Shown here piece after piece: positions 14,801-26,332 of a DNA stretch of 64,000 bases (the first letter of the stretch is position 1; each line of letters begins with the position of its first letter). The translations under genes and the position numbers were made by a program. Source of the stretch: Bugula neritina (Eukaryota > Animalia > Bryozoa); NCBI GenBank assembly GCA_964035545.1, contig OZ037766.1, positions 18,253,081-18,317,080 of the forward strand, given 5' to 3'. The notes beneath the pieces were generated by a model. That model ran no database searches, was not told the origin of the DNA, and saw nothing but the letters and a program-made list of their open reading frames with translations.

Positions 14801-17800
14801 TGCAACATACTGAAATACACTGTAACATACTGAAATACGCTGTATCATACTGAAATGTACTATAACCCACTGAAATATACTGCAACATACTGAAATATAC
14901 TGTAACATACTGAAACACACTGCAACATACTGAAATATACTGCAACATACTGGAACATACTGGAATATAGTGTAACCCACTGAAATATACTGCAACATAC
15001 TGAAATGTACTGCAAGATACTGAAACCTACTGAAATACACTGTAACATACTGAAATACACTGCAACATACTGCAACATACTGAAATACACTGTAACATAT
15101 TGAAATACATTGCAACACATTGAAATAAGTTGCAAGATACCGAAATATACTGCAACATACTGAAAGACACTAAAACTCACTGAAGTATAGTGAAAAATCT
15201 AAAAATGCACTATGGCATACTGAAATATACTGAAACACGCTGAAATATACTGGAACATACTGAAATAAACTGTAACATACTGAGATATACTGCAAGATAC
15301 TGAAATATACTACAACTCACCGAAGTATAGTGTAATTTGCAGAAATGTACTGTAACACACTGAAATTCATTGTATCATACTGAAATATACTGCAACGTAC
15401 TGAAATACACTGTAACATACTAAAGTATATTGCAAAATACTGCAACATACTTAAATATACTACAACTCACCGAAGTATAGTGTAATTTACGGAAATGTAC
15501 TGTAACATACTGAAATTTATTGTAACATACTGAATTATACTGCAACATACTGAAATACACTGTAACATACTGAAAGACACTAAAACTCACTGAAGTATAG
15601 TGTAATATCTGCAAATGCACTGTAACATATTGAAATTTACTGTAACACAGTGAAATATACTGTAACATACTGAAATATACTGTAACATACTGAGATATAC
15701 TGCAAGATACTGAAATATACTACAACTCACTGGATTATAGTGTAATTTACGAAAATGTACTGTAACATACTGAAATTTATTGTAACATACTGAATTATAC
15801 TGCAACATACTGGAATACACTGTAACATACTGAAACATATTGCAAAATACTGCAACATACTGAAATACACTGTAACATACTGAAAGACGCCGTATCATAC
15901 TGAAATATACTATAACCCACTGAAATATACTGCAACATACTGAAACACACAGTAACATACTGAAATATACTGCAACATACTGAAATACCCTGTAACATAC
16001 AGAAATACACTGCAACATACTGCAACATACTGAAATACACTGTAACATTTTGAAATACACTGCAACACATTGAAATATGCTGCAACATACCAAAATATAT
16101 GGTAACCTACTGAAATATGTTGCAAACTACTGAAATACACTGTAACATACAGAAATACGCTGTAACATACAGAAATACACTGCAACATACTGCAACATAC
16201 TGAAATACACTGTAACATACTGAAATACACTGCAACATACTGAAATATACTGCAACATACTGGAACATACTGGAATATACTGTAACCCACTGAAATATAC
16301 TGCAACATACTGAAATATACTGCAAGATACTGAAACCTACTGAAATACACTGTAACATACTGAAATACACTGCAACATACTGCAACATACTGAAATACAC
16401 TGTAACATGTTGAAATACATTGCAACACATTGAAATAAGTTGCAAGATATCGAAATATACTGCAACATACTGAAAGACACTAAAACTCACTGAAGTATAG
16501 TGTAATACCTGAAAATGCACTGTGATATACTGAAATTTACTGTAACACAGTGAAATATACTGTAACATACTGAAATATACTGTAACATACTGAGATATAC
16601 TGCAAGATACTGAAATATACTACAACTCACTGAAGTATGGTGTAATTTAAGGAAATGTACTGTAACATACTGAAATTTATTGTAACATACTGAAATATAC
16701 TGCAACATACTGAAATACACTGTAACATACTGAAATGCATTGCAAAATACTGCAACATACTGAAATACACTGTAACATACTGAAATACGCTGTATCATAC
16801 TGAAATATACTATAACCCACGGAAATATATTGCAACATACTGAAACATACTGTAACATACTGAAATGCACTGTAACATACTGAAATTTACTGTAACACAC
16901 TGAAATATACTGTAACATACTGAAATATACTGTAACATACTGAGATATACTGCGAGATACTGAAATATACTACAACTCACTGAAGTATAGTGTAATTTAC
17001 GGAAATGTACTGTAACATTCTGAAATTTATTGTAACATACTGAATTATACTGCAACATACTGAAATACACTGTAACATACTGAAATATATTGCAAAATAC
17101 TGCAACATACTGAAATACACTGTAACATACTGAAAGACACTAAAACTCACTGAAGTATAGTGTAATATCTGCAAATGCATTGTAACATATTGAAATTTAC
17201 TGTAACACAGTGAAATATACTGTGACATACTGAAATATCCTGTAACATACTGAGATATACTGCAAGATACTGAAATATACTACAACTCACTGAAGTATAG
17301 TGTAATTTACGAAAATGTATTGTAACATACTGAAATTTATTGTAACATACTGAATTATACTGCAACATACTGTAATACACTGTAACATACTGAAATACAC
17401 TGCAACATACTGCAACATACTGAAATACACTGTAACATATTGAAATACATTGCAACACATTGAAATAAGTTGCAAGATACCGAAATATACTGCAACATAC
17501 TGAAAGACACTAAAACTCACTGAAGTATAGTGAAAAATCTAAAAATGCAGTGTGGCATACTGAAATATACTGAGACACGCTGAAATATACTGGAACATAC
17601 TGAAATAAACTGTAACATACTGAGATATACTGCAAGATACGGAAATATACTACAACTCACTGAAGTATAGTGTAATTTGCAGAAATGTACTGTAACACAC
17701 TGAAATTCATTGTATCATACTGAAATATACTGCAACGTACTGAAATACACTGTAACATACTAAAATATATTGCAAAATACTGCAACATACTTAAATATAC

Positions 17801-17802
17801 TG

Positions 17803-17812
17803 CAACATACTG
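17803..17812. repeat. LINE TSD CAACATACTG (partner copy at 21318-21327)
   Basis: Empty paralogous sites near 10041-10075 and 12591-12622 have only one CAACATACTG between TTAAATATACTG and AAAGACACTA, so the second copy is a true duplication. Confidence 0.88.
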
Positions 17813-17830
17813 TTTTTTTTTGTTTTTTTT
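17813..17830 (-). other. LINE 3' A-rich tail (A8-C-A9) directly after the stop codon
   Basis: The + strand reads T9-G-T8 followed by TCA, which is the TGA stop on the minus strand at 17831-17833. Confidence 0.9.
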
Positions 17831-20800
17831 TCATTGGCTGTCCTTCGTGTCCGAAGATGACTTCTGGTGAATCATGGTCCTCCATTTACATCTGTCTTTG
17901 CTGAGAGATTGCCAGCTACCAATAGGGATCTTCAGGTCTTTTAGATTGCGTTTAACGGTATCTTTGAATCTCAGTCGCGGCCTGCCAACACCACGGGTGC
18001 CTTCTTTCAGTTGTGAATAGAGAATTTGTTTAGGTAATCTAGAGTTATCCATTCGATGCACATGACCAGCCCATCTCAGGTTTTTTTGAATGAGTAGTTC
18101 ATACATGTTGGGTAGATTTGCCTGTGCTAGAGTCTCCTCATTCGAGATGAAATCCCACCACTTCACGTTCAAGATCTGGCGTAGATGTCTCATCATATAG
18201 GTGTTGAATTTGTGAGCGGCTATCCTGTATACAGGCCAGGCCTCCGCTCCATAGAGCAGAGAGGACAGGACAATGGCTCTGTACACTGTACACTTGGTCT
18301 TGAATGACAGATCCCTATTGTACCACACTTTGGTCTTTAGTCTGCCGAAAGAGATTGAAGCATTGGACATCCTTGTATGAATCTCTTCATCCATCTTGTT
18401 GTTGCACATCACTGTAGACCCAAGATATTTAAACTTATTGACGTTGGCAAGGTCTTCATTATCTATGCAGATACTGTCACCACTGTCATGGGCTCCAGGT
18501 GCCGGTTGGTAGAGCGTTTCCGTTTTCTTGATATTGATTTTCAGACCAAAAGCTTTGGAAGCTCTGGCGAATCTGTCGACTAGTTCCTGTGCATCGCCAT
18601 GGCTGTGTGCAACGAAGGCAGTGTCGTCAGCAAACATGAGTTCTCTAACCAATACTTTCTGTGTTCTTGTTGTTGACTTGTATTGGTTCACATTGAACAG
18701 ATCAGCTCCAGGTCTACTTTGAATCCAGACGCCTTTATCACAGTTTTCAAATGCGTGCTGTAGAACAGCCGATAAGAAAATGGAGAATAGCGTTGGAGCC
18801 AACACACATCCTTGTTTCACATCATTGTTGACCTGGAACGGCTCAGATAACTCCTCCTTCAGCTTGACTGAAGCCTTCATGCCAGTATGGAGAGCGCTGA
18901 TAAGATTGGTGAAGTGACTGGGAAAACCGAGTTTCTGTAAGATCTTCCACAGGGTCGCTCGATCAACAGTATCGAACGCTTTGGTAAAGTCAATGAAGAC
19001 CATGTACAGGGGCATATTTTGCTCGATGCATTTTTCCTGTATCTGCTTCAGTGCAAATATCATATCTGCTGTTCCCCTTCCACTACGGAATCCACACTGA
19101 GTTTCGGGTAGGAAGTTTTCTGCGTATGGTGTCAGTCTATTTAGAAGGACACGAGCAAAAACTTTACCGGGAATTGAGAGCAGGGAGATACCTCTGTAGT
19201 TACCGCACAGCTTCCGATCACCTTTTTTGAAGATGGTTATAAGTTGGCCATCTTTCCAATCTTGAGGGACTACAGCAGTTTTCCATGCCTCCTTTATTAT
19301 CTCATGGAGAGTACTTATTAGTTTGGGCCCTCCCCTTTTGATAACCTCCGGGTGAATGCCATCAGAGCCAGGTGATTTTCCTTCACTTAGCATCGAAGTT
19401 GCCTTGATGATCTCTTCAATATTTGGGCAATCGTCCATCCAGTCCTGAATGGGTGCTTGTCTCAGGTTCTCAATGATGTTGTCATCAATATCTGGAGTCT
19501 CGTTTAGTAGCTTGCTGAAATGCTCTGTCCATCTCGCTAGAAGATCTTGTTTTTCTGTCAGGAGTGTTGAGCTGTCACTGGCCAGGAGCTGGTCAGGATG
19601 ACTCACTCTTGGACCCCAAACAGTTTTCATGCTTTGGTAAAAGCCTTTCATGTCGTTAGTGTCAGCAAACCGTTGCAGTTCAGCAGCTTTTGCCAACCAC
19701 CAGTCGTTCTTGAGCTCCCTGCATCTTCCTGTGAGTTTTCTGCCAGCCATTCTAAGCTTTGACTTGTTTGAGCGAGTATTCCTGGTTAACATGTCTGCTC
19801 TGGCCTTGTTTCTCTTCTGGATGAGTTCTTGAAGCTCATCATTATTCTCGTCAAACCAGTCCTCATGCTTCCTGCTGACAGTGCCGAGGTGCACTTTTGA
19901 CTCTGCATAAACTATCTCTTTGAATGCTCTCCACTTACTCTCCACGCCCTCTGGAGCAGAGTTCAGTTTCCCAGCAAGGGACTTTTCCAGTTCTTGTCTT
20001 ACTTCCTCATTCTTAAGTCGAGAAACGTCCAGTTTCTGGCAAGGTGTTCTCCCTTTCTTCATTTTTCTCCTCACTCTGAGCTTAGCTTTTGACCTGATCA
20101 TGATGTGGTCAGTACTGCAATTCGCCCCTCTCATCGCCCTTGTGTCTAGAATGTCTGGTAGATCACGTTGTCGTGTGATAACAAAGTCGAGGAGATGCCA
20201 GTTCTTGCTTCTCGGGTGCATCCAAGAAAACTTGTGAGCTGGTTTATGCTTGAAGAAGGTGTTGGTAATGCACAGTTGATGTTCACTACAGACTGAGATC
20301 AGAAGTTCACCATTGGAGTTCAGGTTTCCGCAGCCATACTTGCCTATCACACCGGGCCAGGTTGAGTGATCTTGTCCAACCCTAGCATTGAAGTCCCCCA
20401 TGAGTAAGATCTTATCAGCTGCTGGGACTGATCTTAGAGCCTGATTCAGTTGGTCATAGAATCTGTTGATGTTTTCTTGGCTGTTTGTCATCGTGGGAGC
20501 ATAGACAGCTATCACAGTGCACTATCGCTCATCAGACAGAGGAACCCTGAGTGACATCAGTCTGTCGCTTATAGCCTTTGGCTCTTCGATTAGTCTCGAA
20601 ACAAGTTCGTTCCTGATAGCAAGAGCCACGCCTGACTCACTGCGCTCAGATGCAGTTTTGCCACTCCAATAAATGGTGTAGCCTGACTCTTCACGAATGT
20701 TACCTGTATCTTTGAATCTGATTTCACTCAGTGCTGCAATGTCGATGCCATACTTCTGTAGTTCAGATGAAATGATTGCACTTCTTCTCTCAGGTCTTTC

Positions 20801-20923
20801 TTTGTTCTCCCGGTCTAGCAATGTTCGTATGTTCCATGATGCAAGGTTGAGTTTAGAATTTTGGACCTTTTTATCCTGGGCGACGTCCTGCCAGTATGAT
20901 TTCGTGTTCATTTTTCTTTTCAT
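17831..20923 (-). pseudogene. APE endonuclease-reverse transcriptase polyprotein (about 1030 codons) with one in-frame TAG at 20522-20524
   Basis: The 133-aa and 894-aa ORFs are in the same frame (...VPLSDER*CTVIAVYAPT...). APE motifs: ASWNIRTL, DIAALSE, MGDFNARVG, HLLDFVI, STDH. RT motifs: NYRGISLL, QCGFR, FIDFTKAFDTV, VKQGCVLAPTLF, MFADD, FKYLGS. The C-terminus has the RTE-type LRWAGHV...GRPRLRFKD. The ATG at 20923 lies just downstream of an in-frame TGA. Confidence 0.95.
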
Positions 20924-21317
20924 GATTCAATCGGATTATGCTGACAAGAAGTTTAAGGATACTTAGAGTTTTGTCAGTTGCTTAAGCACCCCTCTCCACT
21001 AAAGAAGTACGCTGTGCTGGCAAGGAGTGTCCAGGACGAGCACAGCAGTTCAGTAGTCGCAGTGACTGGCCGAGTAATTCGCCCTCTCAGAGTGTCACGT
21101 TTCTGGATGGATTGTTGTCTGGGTGATCAACCCATAGATCCTCATACTATTAGCCTGGGTGTATCTACACCCAGTTACCAGTGGTGACCGCTTGGAGGTT
21201 AGTATGAAGTCTTGACTGATGGGAACTTCTCTACAGTACATCATTGCCATCAGTCCTTGGATGCTGGGGTCCGTAGTGTAAACTGGTACAGCTCTTGATT
21301 CCACCATCCACCACCAC
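20924..21317 (-). promoter_or_regulatory. LINE 5' UTR (probable internal promoter), starting with a (TGG)n-like run
   Basis: Non-satellite sequence between the 5' TSD and the ORF start. The minus strand begins GTGGTGGTGGATGGTGG. Promoter function is inferred from general LINE biology only. Confidence 0.55.
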
Positions 21318-24300
21318 CAACATACTGAAAGACACTAAAACTCACTGAAGTATAGTGTAATATCTGCAAATGCACTGTAACATACTGAAATTTACTGTAA
21401 CACACTGAAATATACTGTAACATACTGAAATATACTGTAACATACTGAGATATACTGCGAGATACTGAAATATACTACAACTCACTGAAGTATAGTGTAA
21501 TTTACGGAAATGTACTGTAACATTCTGAAATTTATTGTAACATACTGAATTATACTGCAACATACTGAAATACACTGTAACATACTGAAATATATTGCAA
21601 AATACTGCAACATACTGAAATACACTGTAACATACTGAAAGACACTAAAACTCACTGAAGTATAGTGTAATATCTGCAAATGCATTGTAACATATTGAAA
21701 TTTACTGTAACACAGTGAAATATACTGTGACATACTGAAATATACTGTAACATACTGAGATATACTGCAAGATACTGAAATATACTACAACTCACTGAAG
21801 TATAGTGTAATTTACGAAAATGTACTGTAACATACTGAAATTTATTGTAACATACTGAATTATACTGCAACATACTGAAATACACTGTAACATACTGAAA
21901 CATATTGCAAAATACTGCAACATACTGAAATACACTGTAACATACTGAAACATATTGCAAAATACTGCAACATACTGAAATACACTGTAACATACTGAAA
22001 GACGCCGTATCATACTGAAATATACTATAACCCACTGAAATATACTGCAACATACTGAAATATACTGTAACATACTGAAATATACTGCAACATACTGAAA
22101 TACACTGTAACATACAGAAATACACTGCAACATACTGCAGCATACTGCAACATACTGCAACATGCTGAAATGCACTGTAACATATTGAAATACACTGCAA
22201 CACATTGAAATATGCTGCAACATACCGAAATATATGGTAACCTACTGAAATATGTTGCAAACTACTGAAATATACTGCAACATACTGCAACATAATGAAA
22301 TATACTGTAACACACTGAACTAAACTGCAAACTGCTGCTAAATACTGTGACATACTGAAACATACTGCAACATCCTGAAATATACTGCAACATGCTGAAT
22401 TATACTGCAAGACACTGAAACCTACTGAAATACACTGTAACATACTGAAACACACTGCAACATACTGCAACATACTGAAAAACACTAAAACTCACTGAAG
22501 TATAGTGTAATATCTGGAAATGCACTGTGACATACTGAAATATACTGAAACACGCTGAAATATACTGCAACATACTGAAATATACTGTAACATACTGAGA
22601 TATACTGCAAGATACCAAAATGTACTACAACTCACTGAAGTATAGTGTAATTTACGGAAATGTACTGTAACATACTGGAATTTATTGTATCATACTGAAA
22701 TATACTGCAACATACTGAAATACACTGTAACATACTAAAATGTATTGCAAAATACTGCAACATACTGAAATATACTGCAACATACTGAAAGACACGAAAA
22801 CTCACTGAAGTATAGTGTAATATCTGCAAATGCACTGTAACATACTGAAATTTACTGTAACACACTGAAATATACTGTAACATACTGAAATATACAGTAA
22901 CATACTGAGATATACTGCAAGATACTGAAATATACTACAACTGACTGAAGTATAGTGTAATTTACGGAAATGTACTGTATCATACTGAAATATACTGCAA
23001 CATACTGAAATACGCTGTAACATACTGAAATATATTGCAAAATACTGCAACATACTGAAATACACTGTAACATACTGAAATACGCTGTATCAGACTGAAA
23101 TATACTATAACCCACTGAAATATACTGCAACATACAGAAATACGCTGTAACATACAGAAATACACTGCAACATACTGCAACATACTGAAATACACTGTAA
23201 CATACTGAAATACACTGCAACATACTGAAATATACTGCAACATACTGGAACATACTGGAATATACTGTAACCCACTGAAATATACTGCAACATACTGAAA
23301 TATACTGCAAGATACTGAAACCTACTGAAATACACTGTAACATACTGAAATACACTGCAACATACTGCAACATACTGAAATACACTGTAACATGTTGAAA
23401 TACATTGCAACACATTGAAATAAGTTGCAAGATATCGAAATATACTGCAACATACTGAAAGACTCTAAAACTCACTGAAGTATAGTGAAAAATCTAAAAA
23501 TGCACCTTGGCATGCTGAAATATACTGAAACACGCTGAAATATACTGGAGCATACTGAAATAAACTGTAACATACTGAGATATACTGCAAGATACTGAAA
23601 TATGCTACATCTCACTGAAGTATAGTGTAATTTGTAGAAATGTACTGTAACACACTGAAATTTATTGTACCATACTGAAATATACTGCAACGTACTGAAA
23701 TACACTGTAACATACTAAAATATATTGCAAAATACTGCAAAATACTTAAATATACTGGAACATACTGAAACACACTAAAGCTCACTGACGTATAGTGTAA
23801 TATCTGCAAATGCACTGTAACATACTGAAATTTACTGTAATACAATTAAATATACTGAAACATACTGAAATATACAGTAACATACTGAGATATACTGCAA
23901 CATACTGAAATACACTGTAACATACAGAAATACACTGAAACATACTGCATCATACTGCAACATACTGCAACATACTGAAATACACTGTAACATATTGAAA
24001 TACACTGCAACACATTGAAATATGCTGCAACATACCGAAATATCTGGTAACCTACTGAAATATGTTGCAAACTACTGAAATATACTCAACATACTGTAAC
24101 ACACTGAAATATACTGTAACATACTGAAATATACTGTAACATACTGAGATATACTGCAAGATACTGAAATATACTACAACTCACTGAAGTATGGTGTAAT
24201 TTAAGGAAATGTACTGTAACATACTGAAATTTATTGTAACATACTGAAATATACTGCAACATACTGAAATACACTGTAACATACTGAAATGCATTGCAAA

Positions 24301-26290
24301 ATACTTCAACATACTGAAATACACTGTAACATACTGAAATACGCTGTATCATACTGAAATATACTATAACCCACGGAGATATACTGCAACATACTGAAAC
24401 ATACAGTAACATACTGAAATATACTGCAACATACTGAAATACCCTGTAACATACAGAAATACACTGCAACATACTGCAACATACTGAAATACACTGTAAC
24501 ATATTGAAATACACTGCAACACATTGAAATATGCTGCAACATACCAAAATATATGGTAACCTACTGAAATATGTTGCAAACTACTGAAATACACTGTAAC
24601 ATACAGAAATACGCTGTAACATACAGAAATACACTGCAACATACTGCAACATACTGAAATACACTGTAACATACTGAAATACACTGCAACATACTGAAAT
24701 ATACTGCAACATACTGGAACATACTGGAATATACTGTAACCCACTGAAATATACTGCAACATACTGAAATATACTGCAAGATACTGAAACCTACTGAAAT
24801 ACACTGTAACATACTGAAATACACTGCAACATACTGCAACATACTGGAATACACTGTAACATGTTGAAATACATTGCAACACATTGAAATAAGTTGCAAG
24901 ATATCGAAATATACTGCAACATACTGAAAGACACTAAAACTCACTGAAGTATAGTGAAAAATCTAAAAATGCACCTTGGCATGCTGAAATATACTGAAAC
25001 ACGCTGAAATATACTGGAGCATACTGAAATAAACTGTAACATACTGAGATATACTGCAAGATACTGAAATATACTACAACTCACTGAAGTATGGTGTAAT
25101 TTAAGGAAATGTACTGTAACATACTGAAATTTATTGTAACATACTGAAATATACTGCAACATACTGAAATACACTGTATCATACTGAAATATACTATAAC
25201 CCACTGAAGTATACTGCAACATACTGAAACATACTGTAACATACTGAAATACACAGTAACAATCAGAAAGACACTGCAACATACTGCATCAGACTGCAAC
25301 ATACTGCAACATACTGAAATACACTGTAACATATTGAAATACACTGCAACACATTGAAATATGCTGCAACATACCGAAATATCTGGTAACCTACTGAAAT
25401 ATGTTGCAAACTACTGAAATATACTCAACATACTGTAACACACTGAAATATACTGTAACATAATGAAATATACTGTAACATACTGAGATATGCTTCAAGA
25501 TACTGAAATATACTACAACTCACTGAAGCATGGTGTAATTTACGGAAATGTACTGTAACATACTGAAATTTATTGTAACATACTGAAATATACTGCAACA
25601 TACTGAAATACACTGTAACATACTGAAATGCATTGCAAAATACCGCAACATACTGAAATACACTGTAACATACTGAAATACGCTGTATCATACTGAAATA
25701 TACTATAACCCACGGAAATATACTGCAACATACTGAAACATACTGTAACATACTGAAATACACTGTAACATACTAAAATGTATTGCAAAATACTGCAACA
25801 TACTGAAATATACTGCAACATACTGAAAGACACGAAAACTCACTGAAGTATAGTGTAATATCTGCAAATGCACTGTAACATACTGAAATTTACTGTAACA
25901 CACTGAAATATACTGTAACATACTGAAATATACAGTAACATACTGAGATATACTGCAAGATACTGAAATATACTACAACTGACTGAAGTATAGTGTAATT
26001 TACGGTAATGTACTGTATCATACTGAAATATACTGCAACATACTGAAATACGCTGTAACATACTGAAATATATTGCAAAATACTGCAACATACTGAAATA
26101 CACTGTAACATACTGAAATACGCTGTATCAGACTGAAATATACTATAACCCACTGAAATATACTGCAACATACAGAAATACGCTGTAACATACAGAAATA
26201 CACTGCAACATACTGCAACATACTGAATTACACTGTAACATACTGAAATACACTGCAACATACTGAAATATACTGCAACATACTGGAACA

Positions 26291-26332
26291 TACTGGAATA
26301 TACTGTAACCTATGTTACAGTATATTTCAGTA
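26291..26332. other. Satellite orientation switch (inverted junction at 26310/26311)
   Basis: TACTGGAATATACTGTAAC-CTAT-GTTACAGTATATTTCAGTA gives a 13-bp perfect stem (19 bp with one mismatch) around a 4-nt loop. No foreign sequence at the junction. Confidence 0.97.

Larger units (their letters stand above)
17813..21317 (-). mobile_element. Non-LTR retrotransposon (LINE), RTE clade, apparently full length (about 3505 bp)
   Basis: Single APE+RT ORF with no ORF1/gag, a 5' leader of about 390 bp and an A-rich tail. Flanked by the 10-bp TSD CAACATACTG (17803-17812, 21318-21327). Size and single-ORF layout are typical of RTE/BovB-like elements. Confidence 0.95.
1..26310 (-). repeat. Complex satellite array, left arm (10-bp monomer, A/C-rich strand on +), interrupted by three transposons
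   Basis: Continuous 10-bp periodicity of variants CAACATACTG, TAACATACTG, AAATATACTG and AAATACACTG, mostly alternating as a 20-bp dimer. Phase shifts occur only at rare 1-bp deletions (near 3650, 4150, 6350, 8648, 24086, 25425) and at the transposon insertions. The strand label marks the orientation of the T/G-rich strand. Confidence 0.98.

Noticed and set aside
18377-21187. Plus-strand ORFs inside the LINE (18377, 18528, 19650, 19920, 20697, 20978)
   Set aside because: Short antisense shadows of the RT ORF or UTR with no recognisable motifs.
21095-21307. 70-aa ORF in the LINE 5' leader as a possible ORF1
   Set aside because: Too short, with no RRM, zinc-knuckle or esterase features. RTE elements typically lack ORF1, so it is at most a uORF.
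1-26310. Resemblance of TAACATACTG to the Drosophila 10-bp satellite AATAACATAG
   Set aside because: Only a 7-nt overlap. The dimer, landmark and HOR structure differ, so no homology or species assignment can be supported.
26291-26332. Telomere-fusion site or telomeric repeat
   Set aside because: Although strand-asymmetric and joined in inverted orientation, the monomer has no G-runs and is far more degenerate and hierarchical than telomerase products.
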